From an uncultured Actinomycetes bacterium (GTDB lineage Bacteria > Actinomycetota > UBA4738 > HRBIN12), in assembly GCA_963792215.1 (NCBI GenBank), contig CAWBVL010000008.1, positions 483,655 to 547,654 of the forward strand: 64,000 nt of DNA. The letters run 5' to 3'. This document shows, piece after piece, positions 9,758 to 19,353 of the stretch; the first letter of the stretch is position 1; every line of letters begins with the position of its first letter. Both the position numbers and the translations under genes were made by a program. Under the pieces are notes generated by a model that did not search any database, had not been told where the DNA came from, and saw nothing but the letters and a program-made list of their open reading frames with translations.

Positions 9758-11025
9758 GCGCGGCCTCCGAGCGCCCGGTCGAGCAACTCGATCGGGTGGA
9801 CGACCTCGATCCGTGCGCCGCCGAGGTGCTGCGCGAGCTGGACCGAGCATCCGGGGTTGGCGGACGCGACCACCGTGGCCCCGGTGGCGATGATCGCCGC
9901 GGCCTTCTGCTCGCCGAGTGGCTGTGCGAGCGCGGGCTGCGTCGCTGCGTAGATCCCGGCGGCGCCGCAGCATCGGTCGCCGTCGGCGATCTCGACGACC
10001 ATCAGGTCGGGGATCTGCTCGAGGAGCCGTCGGGGGGCGTCGTGGATGTGCTGCGCGCGCAGCGCGTGACACGCGTCGTGGTACGCGACCACGATCGGCA
10101 ACGGCTGGAACGTGACGTCGGCGACGCCCTGCTCGCCGAGGAACGCCATGAGGTCGACGACGGGGAGTCCGGTGCCGGGACGGAGTTCGTCGTACGTGCG
10201 CATGTGCGCGCTGCAGCCCGCAGCGTTGACCACGACGACGTCCGCCGATCGGAACGCGTGGCGAGCGCGCCCGGCCAGGCGCCGCGCGACGCTGAGCCGG
10301 CCGTTGTGCGCGGCCAAGGCGCCACAGCACGCCTGGCCTCGCGGCACCGTCACGCGCCAGCCGGCGCGGGTGAGGACACGGATCGTCGCCTCGTTGACCT
10401 GGTGGAACCATCGGTCCTGCACGCAGCCGGAGAGCAGGGCGACCGTGCCGCGCACCGCGACGCCGGCGGGTGGATCGCTGACGCGTGGAAGCGTCGCGAA
10501 CGGGCGGGCACGGGTCGGCACCATCGCACGGACGCGGCGCGGCAGCATCGGCCGTACCACCGGCTGCACGAGCGTCGCGGCGCGGATCAGCGTGGGGTGC
10601 GGCAGCACCCAATGGAACCCGAGCCAATGCAGCAGGCGCGCGCGTTTCGTCCGGGTCGGCTCGACCTGCTCGCGCGCCGCCTCCATCATCCGGCCGAACG
10701 GCACGTGGGACGGGCACACGTCCTCACACGCCCGGCAGACCAGGCATCGGTCCATGAAGGTGGCGAACGACGCGCCGATCTCACCGCCGTCGGTCACGGC
10801 GCGCATCGCGGCGATCCGGCCGCGCGGGGAGGCCGACTCGTCGCCGGTCAGCCGGTAGGTCGGGCAGTGCGGCAGGCACAGGCCGCACGCGACGCACGCG
10901 GAAAGGTCGTCCACCGCGGGCGCGTCGCGGTCATCGCGCCACCCGGTCTCGACCGACCCGGTGGCGCGCACGAACCGCGCTCCCTCAGGCAGGTCGGTTC
11001 CGATGGGGAGGCGGTCGGTCGCCAT
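9754..11025 (-). CDS. glcF: Glycolate oxidase iron-sulfur subunit (GlcF-like, CCG domains)
   Basis: CVACGLCLPHCP, CLVCRACEDVCP, CCGAL, CCGAAG; start placed at ATG 11025. Confidence 0.85.
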   Translation of the reverse strand: MATDRLPIGTDLPEGARFVRATGSVETGWRDDRDAPAVDDLSACVACGLCLPHCPTYRLTGDESASPRGRIAAMRAVTDGGEIGASFATFMDRCLVCRACEDVCPSHVPFGRMMEAAREQVEPTRTKRARLLHWLGFHWVLPHPTLIRAATLVQPVVRPMLPRRVRAMVPTRARPFATLPRVSDPPAGVAVRGTVALLSGCVQDRWFHQVNEATIRVLTRAGWRVTVPRGQACCGALAAHNGRLSVARRLAGRARHAFRSADVVVVNAAGCSAHMRTYDELRPGTGLPVVDLMAFLGEQGVADVTFQPLPIVVAYHDACHALRAQHIHDAPRRLLEQIPDLMVVEIADGDRCCGAAGIYAATQPALAQPLGEQKAAAIIATGATVVASANPGCSVQLAQHLGGARIEVVHPIELLDRALGGRA

Positions 11026-11104
11026 ACCGCGGATGCTACGGCGCTTCGTCGCGCAACCGGTTTTCTCGTGGTAGAACCTCGTGGCCCGAAGGGGAGAGGG
11101 ACCG

Positions 11105-12037
11105 ATGGACGAGTTGCCGCCGCCACCGAGCGAGCCGCAGGGCCTGCCGGCTTCGCCCGTCGCTTCCCCGTCGGTGCCCACCCCTGGACCTGTGTCGTCG
11201 TCGCGCCGCCGGTTGCCGATCATCCTGATCATCGTCGGCGCGTTGATCCTGGTGCTCGGTGGTGTCGGGGCGGTAATCGCGTCGACCGGCGGTTCCTCAA
11301 CCGCGTCCTCGAGTCCATCTGCGGCGGCGGCCAGCCCGACGACGGCGCCACCGAGCACACCGACGAACCTGCAAGCCGCCGCGGGCGCCTTCCAGGTGAA
11401 GCTCAGGTGGCATCCTGGAACCGAAGGAGCGCCGGTCACGCGGTACGACATCCGTCGCAACGGCGACCTCGTCGCCCAAGCGAAAGCGTCGGCCTCGTCG
11501 TACACCGACACGACCGCCGTGCCGGGCGCTCGGTACAAGTACACGGTGACCGCGGTCGGGGCCGACCAACAGCGGGCCGTCGCGAGCGTCGATGTCACGA
11601 CGAAGAAGGCGCCGCCGGGGACCGCCGCGCTCGCCGGCACCTTCAACGTGCACCTGCACAACACGTCGCACTCGGGGTTCTCGTCGTTCGGCAACCCGGA
11701 CTTCAACAACGGCTGGCGGTTCCAGCCGCAGTGCAAGGACCCGCCCTGCAACACGCAGCTGCGCAACATCCAAACCAAGAAGATGACCGTGATGCTGAAG
11801 CAGGATGGGGGGTCCTATACGGGCTCGACAACCATCGCAGGGCTGGTCACCTGTCAGGGGCACGACGTGACGACGTCGCTCACGGTCACGATCCACGCGA
11901 CGCAGGCCGGCGCGGTCCGCGACACCTGGCAGATCACGAAGTTCGCCGGGACGATGTCGCAGTCCGCGAGCGCGCAGCTCGGCTGCACGTCCTCGAGCGC
12001 GAGCTTCACCGTCACCGGCACGTCGCTGAAGCACTGA
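11105..12037 (+). CDS. Membrane-anchored fibronectin type III domain protein
   Basis: Pro-rich N-terminus, TM, Ser/Thr linker, FN3 pattern (LRW..YDIRRNG..YTDT..YKYTVTA). Confidence 0.65.
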   Translation: MDELPPPPSEPQGLPASPVASPSVPTPGPVSSSRRRLPIILIIVGALILVLGGVGAVIASTGGSSTASSSPSAAAASPTTAPPSTPTNLQAAAGAFQVKLRWHPGTEGAPVTRYDIRRNGDLVAQAKASASSYTDTTAVPGARYKYTVTAVGADQQRAVASVDVTTKKAPPGTAALAGTFNVHLHNTSHSGFSSFGNPDFNNGWRFQPQCKDPPCNTQLRNIQTKKMTVMLKQDGGSYTGSTTIAGLVTCQGHDVTTSLTVTIHATQAGAVRDTWQITKFAGTMSQSASAQLGCTSSSASFTVTGTSLKH

Positions 12038-12057
12038 GCGCGGCTACGCTGCGGGGC

Positions 12058-13251
12058 ATGGATCTCGCCTCACGCCTTCGGGCCTCGCGGGCCGCTTCGT
12101 CGTTCACCGAGTCGGTGATCCGCGAGATGACGCGGCTGGCTCAGGTCCACGACGCGATCAACCTCGGGCAGGGATTCCCCGATTTCCCCGCGCCCGCCGA
12201 GGTGAAGGAGGCCGCCGCGCGCGCGATCGCCGAGGACCACAACCAGTACCCCATCACCTGGGGGGTCCCGGCGTTCCGCCACGCGATCGCATCGGTCTAC
12301 GCGCGCGACTACGCGATGCGGGTCGATCCGGAAACGGAGATCTGTGTGACGTGCGGCGCGACCGAGGCGATGTCCTCGGCGTTCCTCGGGCTGCTCGACC
12401 CCGGCGACGAGGTCGTGGTCTTCGAGCCCTTCTACGAGAGCTACGGTCCCGATGCGATCTTGTCCGGCGCGCGGCTGCGGTTCGTGACGCTCCGGCCGCC
12501 GGAGTGGTCGTTCGATCCGGATGAGCTGGCCGCCGCGTTCGGGCCTGGCACGCGGGCGATCGTGGTGGGATCACCGCACAACCCGACCGGGAAGGTCTTC
12601 TCGCGCGAGGAGCTTGGACAGATCGCCGAGCTGTGCGTTCGGAACGACGCGATCGCCATCACCGACGAGATCTACGAGCACATCACCTACGACGGCGCAC
12701 GGCATATCCCGATCGCGACGATGCCCGGGATGGCCGAGCGCACCGTCACGATCAGCGCGTTGTCCAAGACGTACGCGGTGACCGGTTGGCGCGTGGGCTG
12801 GGCGATCGCCGCGCCCCCGCTGATGGCGGGCATCCGCGCGACGCACGACTTCTTGACCGTTGCGGCCGCGACGCCGTTGCAGCTCGCAGGGGTGGCAGCG
12901 CTGGCGTTGCCGCGCTCGTACTACGCGCGGACGCGCACCGAGTATCTGGAGCGGCGTGACGTGATGATCAGGGTGCTACGCGAGGCGGGGTTCGCGGCCG
13001 ATCCACCGACCGGCGCCTACTACGTGATGGCGGACGTCTCTTCGCTTGGGTTCGACGACGACACGGCCGCGGCACGCTATCTGGTTGAGCACGTGGGTGT
13101 CGCTGCGGTTCCGGGATCGTCGTTCTTCTCCGAGCCTGCGCTCGGCGCGCACCTGTTGCGGTTCGCGTTCCCGAAGAAGATCGACACGCTCGAAGAGGCC
13201 GGTCGGCGGTTGGCGTCGGCGACAGATAGGGGTTCGGTCGCCGGCGGCTAG
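12058..13251 (+). CDS. PLP-dependent aminotransferase class I/II (YbdL-like)
   Basis: INLGQGFPDF, HNPTG, DEIY and SKTYAVTGWRVG motifs. Confidence 0.9.
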   Translation: MDLASRLRASRAASSFTESVIREMTRLAQVHDAINLGQGFPDFPAPAEVKEAAARAIAEDHNQYPITWGVPAFRHAIASVYARDYAMRVDPETEICVTCGATEAMSSAFLGLLDPGDEVVVFEPFYESYGPDAILSGARLRFVTLRPPEWSFDPDELAAAFGPGTRAIVVGSPHNPTGKVFSREELGQIAELCVRNDAIAITDEIYEHITYDGARHIPIATMPGMAERTVTISALSKTYAVTGWRVGWAIAAPPLMAGIRATHDFLTVAAATPLQLAGVAALALPRSYYARTRTEYLERRDVMIRVLREAGFAADPPTGAYYVMADVSSLGFDDDTAAARYLVEHVGVAAVPGSSFFSEPALGAHLLRFAFPKKIDTLEEAGRRLASATDRGSVAGG

Positions 13252-14282
13252 GCGGACCACGCGCGGCCGGCCGCGAGAACGCCGGCTGGGTCGAAGGCCG
13301 CCTTGAGCCGTTCGCCGAGCGCGACGGTCACCGGATCCGCAGGGCCGAGACCGCCGGAGCCGCGGACGACGGGCGCGATGCCGCCGAGCGACGCGACGCG
13401 CTCGCGGAGTTGCGTCAGTTGCGTTCCGTCGTCGCAGGGCATCCAGGCGTAGCCAACCCCGAGCAACGCGCGGAACCGGTCCTGGCCGTCGACACAGTCG
13501 GGCAGTTTCGAGGGCACCACGGCGGCTTGGGCCACGATCGCCGCGTCGGGGAACGCCGGCTCGAGCCAGGCCGATGGATCGGCGTCGGCCATCACCGCGA
13601 CTTCGTTCGCGAGCCGTGCTTGCTCGGCCACCTCTTCAGGCCACCCTTCGAGTCGGAGGAGGACGCGCTCGTGCTCTGCGATGACGGCTGCTGGAAGCGG
13701 CACCGCGTCGAGCAGGCGCGCCGCCAGCTCGATCCCGCCTTCACGCGTGACGAGCGTTCGCGCGGCCTTCGGCAGGGGCCGAACCTTCAGGGCGACCTGC
13801 ACGATCACGCCGAGCGAGCCGTGGGACCCGGTCAGCAATCGATGCAGGTCGTAGCCGGTGACGTTCTTGACGGTGCGGGCGCCGCTGCGGATCCGCCGCC
13901 CGTCGCCGGTGACGAACGCCATCTCGACGACGGTGTCGCGCAGGCATCCGACGCGGAGCTGACGGGGGAGGGCCACGTCGGCAGCGATCACGCCGCCGAT
14001 GGTGGCGTCGTCGGGTTCGTCCACCGGCCACTCCTGACCGCCATCGGTGAGGAGACGTCGGAGATCCCCGAGCCGCATCCCGGACTCGACGACGCAGAGC
14101 ATCTCCGCCGGGTCGTGGGCGATCACGCGATCGAGCCCGGTCGTCCAGAGCTCGGCGTCGGCCTTCCTTCCGTCTCCCATATGTTGGCGACCGCCGACCA
14201 CGAGCACGCCCGAACCCGCGGTGGTCGCGGCGCGCATCGCCTCGACGACGCCGGCCTCATCCGACGGATGGATCAGATCCAC
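13248..14282 (-). CDS. glcE: FAD-binding glycolate oxidase subunit GlcE-like
   Basis: TIGGVIA, VKNVTGYDL, KAAFDPAG; GTG start overlapping the end of glcD. Confidence 0.8.
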   Translation of the reverse strand: MDLIHPSDEAGVVEAMRAATTAGSGVLVVGGRQHMGDGRKADAELWTTGLDRVIAHDPAEMLCVVESGMRLGDLRRLLTDGGQEWPVDEPDDATIGGVIAADVALPRQLRVGCLRDTVVEMAFVTGDGRRIRSGARTVKNVTGYDLHRLLTGSHGSLGVIVQVALKVRPLPKAARTLVTREGGIELAARLLDAVPLPAAVIAEHERVLLRLEGWPEEVAEQARLANEVAVMADADPSAWLEPAFPDAAIVAQAAVVPSKLPDCVDGQDRFRALLGVGYAWMPCDDGTQLTQLRERVASLGGIAPVVRGSGGLGPADPVTVALGERLKAAFDPAGVLAAGRAWSA

Positions 14283-15724
14283 GTGCCCTCCGGGAGTGCA
14301 CCGGCGCGCGCCAACGCTGCGGCCGCGAAATCGCCACACCGCGCGCCCGCCGGCAATACCTTCTGCGGGTTCATGCGTCCGTCGGGGTCGAACGCCGCGC
14401 GCACGCACGCCTGCGCGTCGAGATCCTCGGCGCTGAAGACGAGCGGCATGAAGTCGCGCTTCTCCAAACCGATCCCGTGCTCGCCCGAGAGCGCGCCGCC
14501 GGCGTCGACGCAGAGGCGCACCACTTCGTCCGCGGCGGCGAGCACGCGTTCGAGGGTGCCGGGCACCGACAGGTCGAAGGAGAAGAGCGGATGGAGGTTG
14601 CCGTCGCCGGCATGGAAGACGTTGGTGACGATCAGGTCGTGGCGCTTCGCGATCGCGTACACGCCGACGAGTACGTCGGTCAGCTTCGTCCGCGGCACCA
14701 CGCAGTCGTGGAGGTGGTAGTGGGGTGCGATCTGCGCGATCGCACCGAACGCCGACTTGCGTCCCTTCCATAGAAGGGCGCGCTCTGCGTCGTCGGCGGC
14801 TATGCGCACCGTCCCGACCGCGTGCGCGCGCGCGGCGGCCTCGACCTCGCGCGCTTGCGCATCGACCGCGGCGTCGAGCCCATCGAGCTCCACCAAGAGC
14901 ACGGCGGCAGCGTCCGTCGGGTACCCGGCGTGCGCGAATGCTTCGACGGCCCGAACGATCCCCTGGTCCATCATCTCGAGCGCCGCCGGGACAACGCCGC
15001 GGGCGACGATCGACGACACGGTCGCGGCGCAATCCTCGACTCGCGCGAAGTCCAGCAGCATGGTGCGGATGGCGGGGGTGATCGGCGTCAGCCGAACGCA
15101 CGCCGCGGTGACGACGCCGAGCGTTCCTTCCGATCCGACCAGGAGCCCACGCAGGTCGTAGCCGGTGGCGGCCGGCCCCTCCGAGCCGATCCGCGCACGG
15201 GTTCCGTCGGGCAGCACGACGTCGAGCGCGAGGACGTGCGCGGAGGTCACGCCGTACGCGAGGCAGTGAGGCCCACCGGCGTTCGTGTTCACGTTGCCGC
15301 CGATCGAGCTCACCTGCTGCGAGGACGGGTCGGGCGCGTAGGTGAACCCGGTCGGCGCGAGGTGGTTCGCGAGATCGAGGTTGAAGACGCCGGGCTCGAC
15401 CCATGCGAGGCGGTCCTCGGGCCGAACCTCGAGGATGCGGCGCATCTTCGTCGTGACGACGACGAGCGCGTCGTCCAACGGCGTCGCGCCGCCCGCGAGC
15501 CCCGTGCCGCTGCCGCGCGGGACGACCGGCAGGGCGTGGTCACGTGCGATCCGCATGCAGGCGGCGACCTCGTCCGCGCTCGTTGGGAACACGAGGAGTC
15601 CGGCGGAGCCCTCGACCAGCGAGGCATCGCGCGCGTAGAGGCGCCGTTCGAGCTGGTCATCGACGACCGCGCCCGGACCGAGCGCGGCCTCGAGATCTCG
15701 CCGAGCGGCGTCAAGGTCCGTCAC
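14273..15724 (-). CDS. glcD: FAD-linked oxidase GlcD-like
   Basis: RGSGTGLAGG, PDPSSQ, HAGDGNLH and GEHGIG motifs; GTG start at 15724. Confidence 0.9.
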   Translation of the reverse strand: MTDLDAARRDLEAALGPGAVVDDQLERRLYARDASLVEGSAGLLVFPTSADEVAACMRIARDHALPVVPRGSGTGLAGGATPLDDALVVVTTKMRRILEVRPEDRLAWVEPGVFNLDLANHLAPTGFTYAPDPSSQQVSSIGGNVNTNAGGPHCLAYGVTSAHVLALDVVLPDGTRARIGSEGPAATGYDLRGLLVGSEGTLGVVTAACVRLTPITPAIRTMLLDFARVEDCAATVSSIVARGVVPAALEMMDQGIVRAVEAFAHAGYPTDAAAVLLVELDGLDAAVDAQAREVEAAARAHAVGTVRIAADDAERALLWKGRKSAFGAIAQIAPHYHLHDCVVPRTKLTDVLVGVYAIAKRHDLIVTNVFHAGDGNLHPLFSFDLSVPGTLERVLAAADEVVRLCVDAGGALSGEHGIGLEKRDFMPLVFSAEDLDAQACVRAAFDPDGRMNPQKVLPAGARCGDFAAAALARAGALPEGTWI

Positions 15725-15744
15725 GCGGGACAGGCTACGCCCGG

Positions 15745-16530
15745 TCAGCGCCGGACCATCGCTACGAAGGTCGTCGAGCCGTCTCGTTCCGACGCACGCG
15801 CGTTGTACCGGTATCGGGCCGGATGATTCCAGCCGGCGAGGTCCGCCGGACGCCCCGTCGGGTGGGCGACGAGATACCGGACGAGCGCACCCTTCAGCGA
15901 CTTGTTGTCGTGTGAGACCGCCACGAGCGAGTCGTCTGCCTGCCGGTCGAGGAACCGAACGACGAACTGTTCGCGATCGTCCGGGGGCGCCCATGCGGCA
16001 TCGTGTTCTTTCGCCAGGAGGTTCCAGATCGGGCGGCCGTGCGCGAGCTCCACCAGCGCGTCGGTCAGTGGCTCGCGCCACCAGCTCGAAAGCTTGCCGA
16101 GCTTCGGCAGCGCGGCGCTCATCTTCAGCCGGTAGGCGGGGACCGGATCGGCTGGCATCACGGCGCCCCAGAGACCCGAGACGATCACGACGCTGTTCGC
16201 GAGGCGCGTGCGTTGCGTTCGGGTGAGCGATCCGTGGTCGAGCGCGTCGTACAGGACCCCGGTGTATCGCTCGATGGCCGGCAGCGTGGGGCTCTTCATC
16301 ACGTGGCGGTCTGCAGCGCTCGCCTCGGCGAGCGTCGGGCCCGAGACGCCGAGGAGCTTCGCGCGCTCGGCCTCCGTCCCGCGCATAGCCGAGCCCAACG
16401 CGGCGATCACCTTGCGTCGCCGGTCGTCGAGGTCGATCGCCATGGCACCCGGTTTCCACGGGTCGCCACTGCCGCCCAAGGCCTTCCCTTCGGACGGAGG
16501 AAGAAGGATCAGAGGGAGCGCCGCCGCCAT
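15745..16530 (-). CDS. yaaA: Peroxide stress protein YaaA family
   Basis: LLPPSEGK, PAIERYTGVLY, SGLWG..YRLKM. Confidence 0.85.
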   Translation of the reverse strand: MAAALPLILLPPSEGKALGGSGDPWKPGAMAIDLDDRRRKVIAALGSAMRGTEAERAKLLGVSGPTLAEASAADRHVMKSPTLPAIERYTGVLYDALDHGSLTRTQRTRLANSVVIVSGLWGAVMPADPVPAYRLKMSAALPKLGKLSSWWREPLTDALVELAHGRPIWNLLAKEHDAAWAPPDDREQFVVRFLDRQADDSLVAVSHDNKSLKGALVRYLVAHPTGRPADLAGWNHPARYRYNARASERDGSTTFVAMVRR

Positions 16531-16543
16531 CGACGACGAGGGC

Positions 16544-16876
16544 TCAGGCGACGCGGCCGGGGGAGCCGTCGGCGGCTTCGAAGGGCAGACCCGCCGCTTC
16601 CCAGGCCTCCATGCCGCCCTCGACGTTGTGCGCGTCGAACCCACGCGCCTGCAGCATCATCGTCGCGAGCTCGCTGCGGTTGCCCGTCCGGCAGATCACC
16701 GCGACCGGCTTGTCCTTGTCGAGGTCGCCGCCGGCGCCCGACATGATCGCGTTGACCGGGATGTGCACCGCGCCGTCGACCCGGCCCGCCTCCCATTCGT
16801 AGGGCTCGCGCACATCCACGAGTTGGATCTCGGGCAGCCGATCGTGCACGTCTCGGACGTTGGAAAGGTCGCTCAT
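16544..16876 (-). CDS. Rhodanese-like domain protein
   Basis: DVREPYEW, CRTGNRS, GGMEAW. Confidence 0.9.
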   Translation of the reverse strand: MSDLSNVRDVHDRLPEIQLVDVREPYEWEAGRVDGAVHIPVNAIMSGAGGDLDKDKPVAVICRTGNRSELATMMLQARGFDAHNVEGGMEAWEAAGLPFEAADGSPGRVA

Positions 16877-16905
16877 CAGGGAGGTGATGCTAGCAGCGGG
16901 TCGCT

Positions 16906-17424
16906 TCAGCTCGGTGCCGCGAGGGCGGCCTCGAACACCGCCAGCGACCGCGCGTCCAACAGGACGAAGCGCACCTCGCGCACCGACGTTTCGGCGGCCC
17001 GAACGGCTTCGACCGCGACGGGAGCAGCCTCTTCGACCGGGTAGCCGAATGCGCCGGTCGAGATCGCGGGGAACGCCACGGTCGCCGCCTCCAGCTCATC
17101 AGCAACGCGGAGGCTGGAGGTGTGGCAGGCGGCCAAGAGCTCAGCGTCGCTCTCCCGGCCCGAGTAGATCGGCCCCACGGTATGGATCACCCAGCGCGCC
17201 GGAAGGGCGCCGCCCGGCGTGGCGACCGAGTCCCCGACGGCGAGGCCGTCCGGATGGGTGGTCGCACGCAACCGGCGACACGCCTCGATGATCGCGTCGC
17301 CACCGCGCCGGTGGATGGCACCGTCGACGCCACCGCCGCCGAGCAGGGAGCGATTCGCCGCGTTCACCACCGCGTCGACCTCCTGCGCGGTGATGTCGCC
17401 CTGGACGAGCGTCACAGAGGGCAT
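16906..17424 (-). CDS. Macro domain protein (O-acetyl-ADP-ribose deacetylase family)
   Basis: GDIT..VNAAN..GGGGVDGAIH, HTVGP, PAISTG. Confidence 0.9.
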   Translation of the reverse strand: MPSVTLVQGDITAQEVDAVVNAANRSLLGGGGVDGAIHRRGGDAIIEACRRLRATTHPDGLAVGDSVATPGGALPARWVIHTVGPIYSGRESDAELLAACHTSSLRVADELEAATVAFPAISTGAFGYPVEEAAPVAVEAVRAAETSVREVRFVLLDARSLAVFEAALAAPS

Positions 17425-17465
17425 GCAGGCATCGTAGCCCGAGGGCCATGACGTAAGGTTCTCGG

Positions 17466-18404
17466 GTGGCGGAGGACCTCGACCTCCTGGTGCTCGGCGA
17501 CACGAACCCGGACCTCGTGTTGCACGGCGGCGACGTGGTGCCTGCGTTCGGTCAAGCCGAGCATCTCGTGGACGACGCGAGCCTGACGATCGGTGGTTCG
17601 GGCGCGATCCTCGCATGCGGCGCGGCCAAGCTCGGGCTCCGCGTCGCGATCTCGGCCGTGGTTGGCGACGACCTCTTCGGCGGGTTCGTGCGTGACGGGC
17701 TCGACGGCAACGGCGTCGACGTCTCGGGCATCCATGTGGATCCCGACACGCCGACCGGCGTTACCGTGGTGCTGTCCGGTCCCGACGACCGCGCGATCTT
17801 GACGATGCCGGGCACGATCGCGGGGCTCTCGATGGACCGGATCGAGCCCGGGCTGCTCGAGCGCGCGCGGCACATCCACGTGAGCTCGTACTTCTTGCAG
17901 TCCGCGTTGACGCCGTCGTTGTCCGATGTGTTCTTCGGTGTCCGTGGGCGCGGCGGGACGACGTCGGTCGATCCGAACTGGGATCCGAGCGAGCGATGGG
18001 ACGGCGGCCTGCTCGATCTGCTGGCGGTCACCGACATCTTCCTGCCGAACGCGATAGAGGCGACGCGGGTCGCGCACACGTCGGACCTCGACGCCGCGGC
18101 GCGCTCGCTCGCCGAACGCGCCGGCGTGGTCGCGATCAAGAACGGCGACCGCGGCGCCATCGCGCGGAGCGAGGGCGTGACGCACCGCGTCGAACCGGTC
18201 CGCATCTCGCTCGTGGACTCGACCGGCGCCGGCGACTCCTTCGACGCGGGGTTCCTCGCGGCGTGGCTGGACGGCGCGCCGGTCGATCGCGCGCTCGCAC
18301 TCGCAAACGTCTGCGGCGCGCTCTCGACGCGCGCGGTGGGCGGGACGAGCACCCAGGCGACGATGGACGAAGCTGTCGCCTTGCTCGAAGGGACCCCGGC
18401 GTGA
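17466..18404 (+). CDS. PfkB family carbohydrate kinase
   Basis: GGSGA and DSTGAGDSF motifs. Confidence 0.85.
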   Translation: MAEDLDLLVLGDTNPDLVLHGGDVVPAFGQAEHLVDDASLTIGGSGAILACGAAKLGLRVAISAVVGDDLFGGFVRDGLDGNGVDVSGIHVDPDTPTGVTVVLSGPDDRAILTMPGTIAGLSMDRIEPGLLERARHIHVSSYFLQSALTPSLSDVFFGVRGRGGTTSVDPNWDPSERWDGGLLDLLAVTDIFLPNAIEATRVAHTSDLDAAARSLAERAGVVAIKNGDRGAIARSEGVTHRVEPVRISLVDSTGAGDSFDAGFLAAWLDGAPVDRALALANVCGALSTRAVGGTSTQATMDEAVALLEGTPA

Positions 18405-19339
18405 TCGTCTCCCTGGCCGCGAACCCGTCCATCGACAAGCTCTTCGAGATCGACCGGCTGGTGAAGGGCGACATCCACCGGCCGCAAGGCTTCGTGCAGG
18501 TCGCCGGTGGCAAAGGCCTGAACGTCGCGCGGGCCGCCCAGGCGCTCGGCGCCGATGTGACGGCCGCCGCCTTGCTCCGCGGCCACGCCGGCCGGTGGCT
18601 CGAGGAGCAGCTCGCCGCCGAAGGGGTGCGCGGCGCCTACGTCTGGACCCACGGCGAGAACCGGTCGTCGCTGTCGGTCGCCGACCGCGAGACCGGGAGC
18701 CTGACCGAGTTCTACGAGCACGGAGCCCACGCGCCCGAGGCGGCGTGGACCGAGCTCGTCCAGGTCGTCTCCGAGGCGTGGACGCCCGGTGGATGGCTCA
18801 CGATCAGCGGCTCGCTGCCGCGCGGCGCGCCGGACGACGGCTACCGGGACCTGGTCGCGGAGGCGCGAGCGGGGACCGTGCACGTCGCCGTCGACGCTGA
18901 GGGCGAACGGCTGCGGCTCGCCCTGGACGCGCACCCGAACGTCGTCAAGGTCAATCAGGCAGAGGCGCGGGAGCTGCTCGGTGTTCCAACCGCGCGGCGC
19001 GAGGAGGCGCTCACCGCCGCATCGAAGCTCCGCGACCTCGCCGGGGGCGACGGCCATGCCGGGCTCGTGACACGAGGCGCCGAGGGCGTGGTCCTCGCGG
19101 CGCCGGACGGCACGCTGTTCGAGGGCATGCTGTACGTCCGCGGCCGCTATCCCGTCGGCAGCGGCGACGCGTTCCTCGCAGGGCTCGTCACCGGTCTCGA
19201 CCGCGGCGACGGATGGGACCAGGCGCTCTGCCTGGCGCTCGGCGCAGCGACCGCCAACGCCGAGATCGCCGGGGCTGGGAAGCTCGACCCCGCGCGCGCC
19301 GTGGCGCTCGCGGAACAAGCCGAAGTCCGGATCGTCTGA
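18401..19339 (+). CDS. 1-phosphofructokinase/tagatose-6-phosphate kinase family hexose kinase
   Basis: ANPSID, AGGKGLNVA, SGSLP and PVGSGD motifs; GTGA coupling to upstream kinase. Confidence 0.85.
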   Translation: MIVSLAANPSIDKLFEIDRLVKGDIHRPQGFVQVAGGKGLNVARAAQALGADVTAAALLRGHAGRWLEEQLAAEGVRGAYVWTHGENRSSLSVADRETGSLTEFYEHGAHAPEAAWTELVQVVSEAWTPGGWLTISGSLPRGAPDDGYRDLVAEARAGTVHVAVDAEGERLRLALDAHPNVVKVNQAEARELLGVPTARREEALTAASKLRDLAGGDGHAGLVTRGAEGVVLAAPDGTLFEGMLYVRGRYPVGSGDAFLAGLVTGLDRGDGWDQALCLALGAATANAEIAGAGKLDPARAVALAEQAEVRIV

Positions 19340-19353
19340 ACGAAGGAGAACCC

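Noticed and set aside
9628-13251. 1207-aa ORF as one fusion protein
   Set aside because: Only the 3' part from 12058 is an aminotransferase with its own -10 box; the upstream part is a shadow frame of glcF and the FN3 gene
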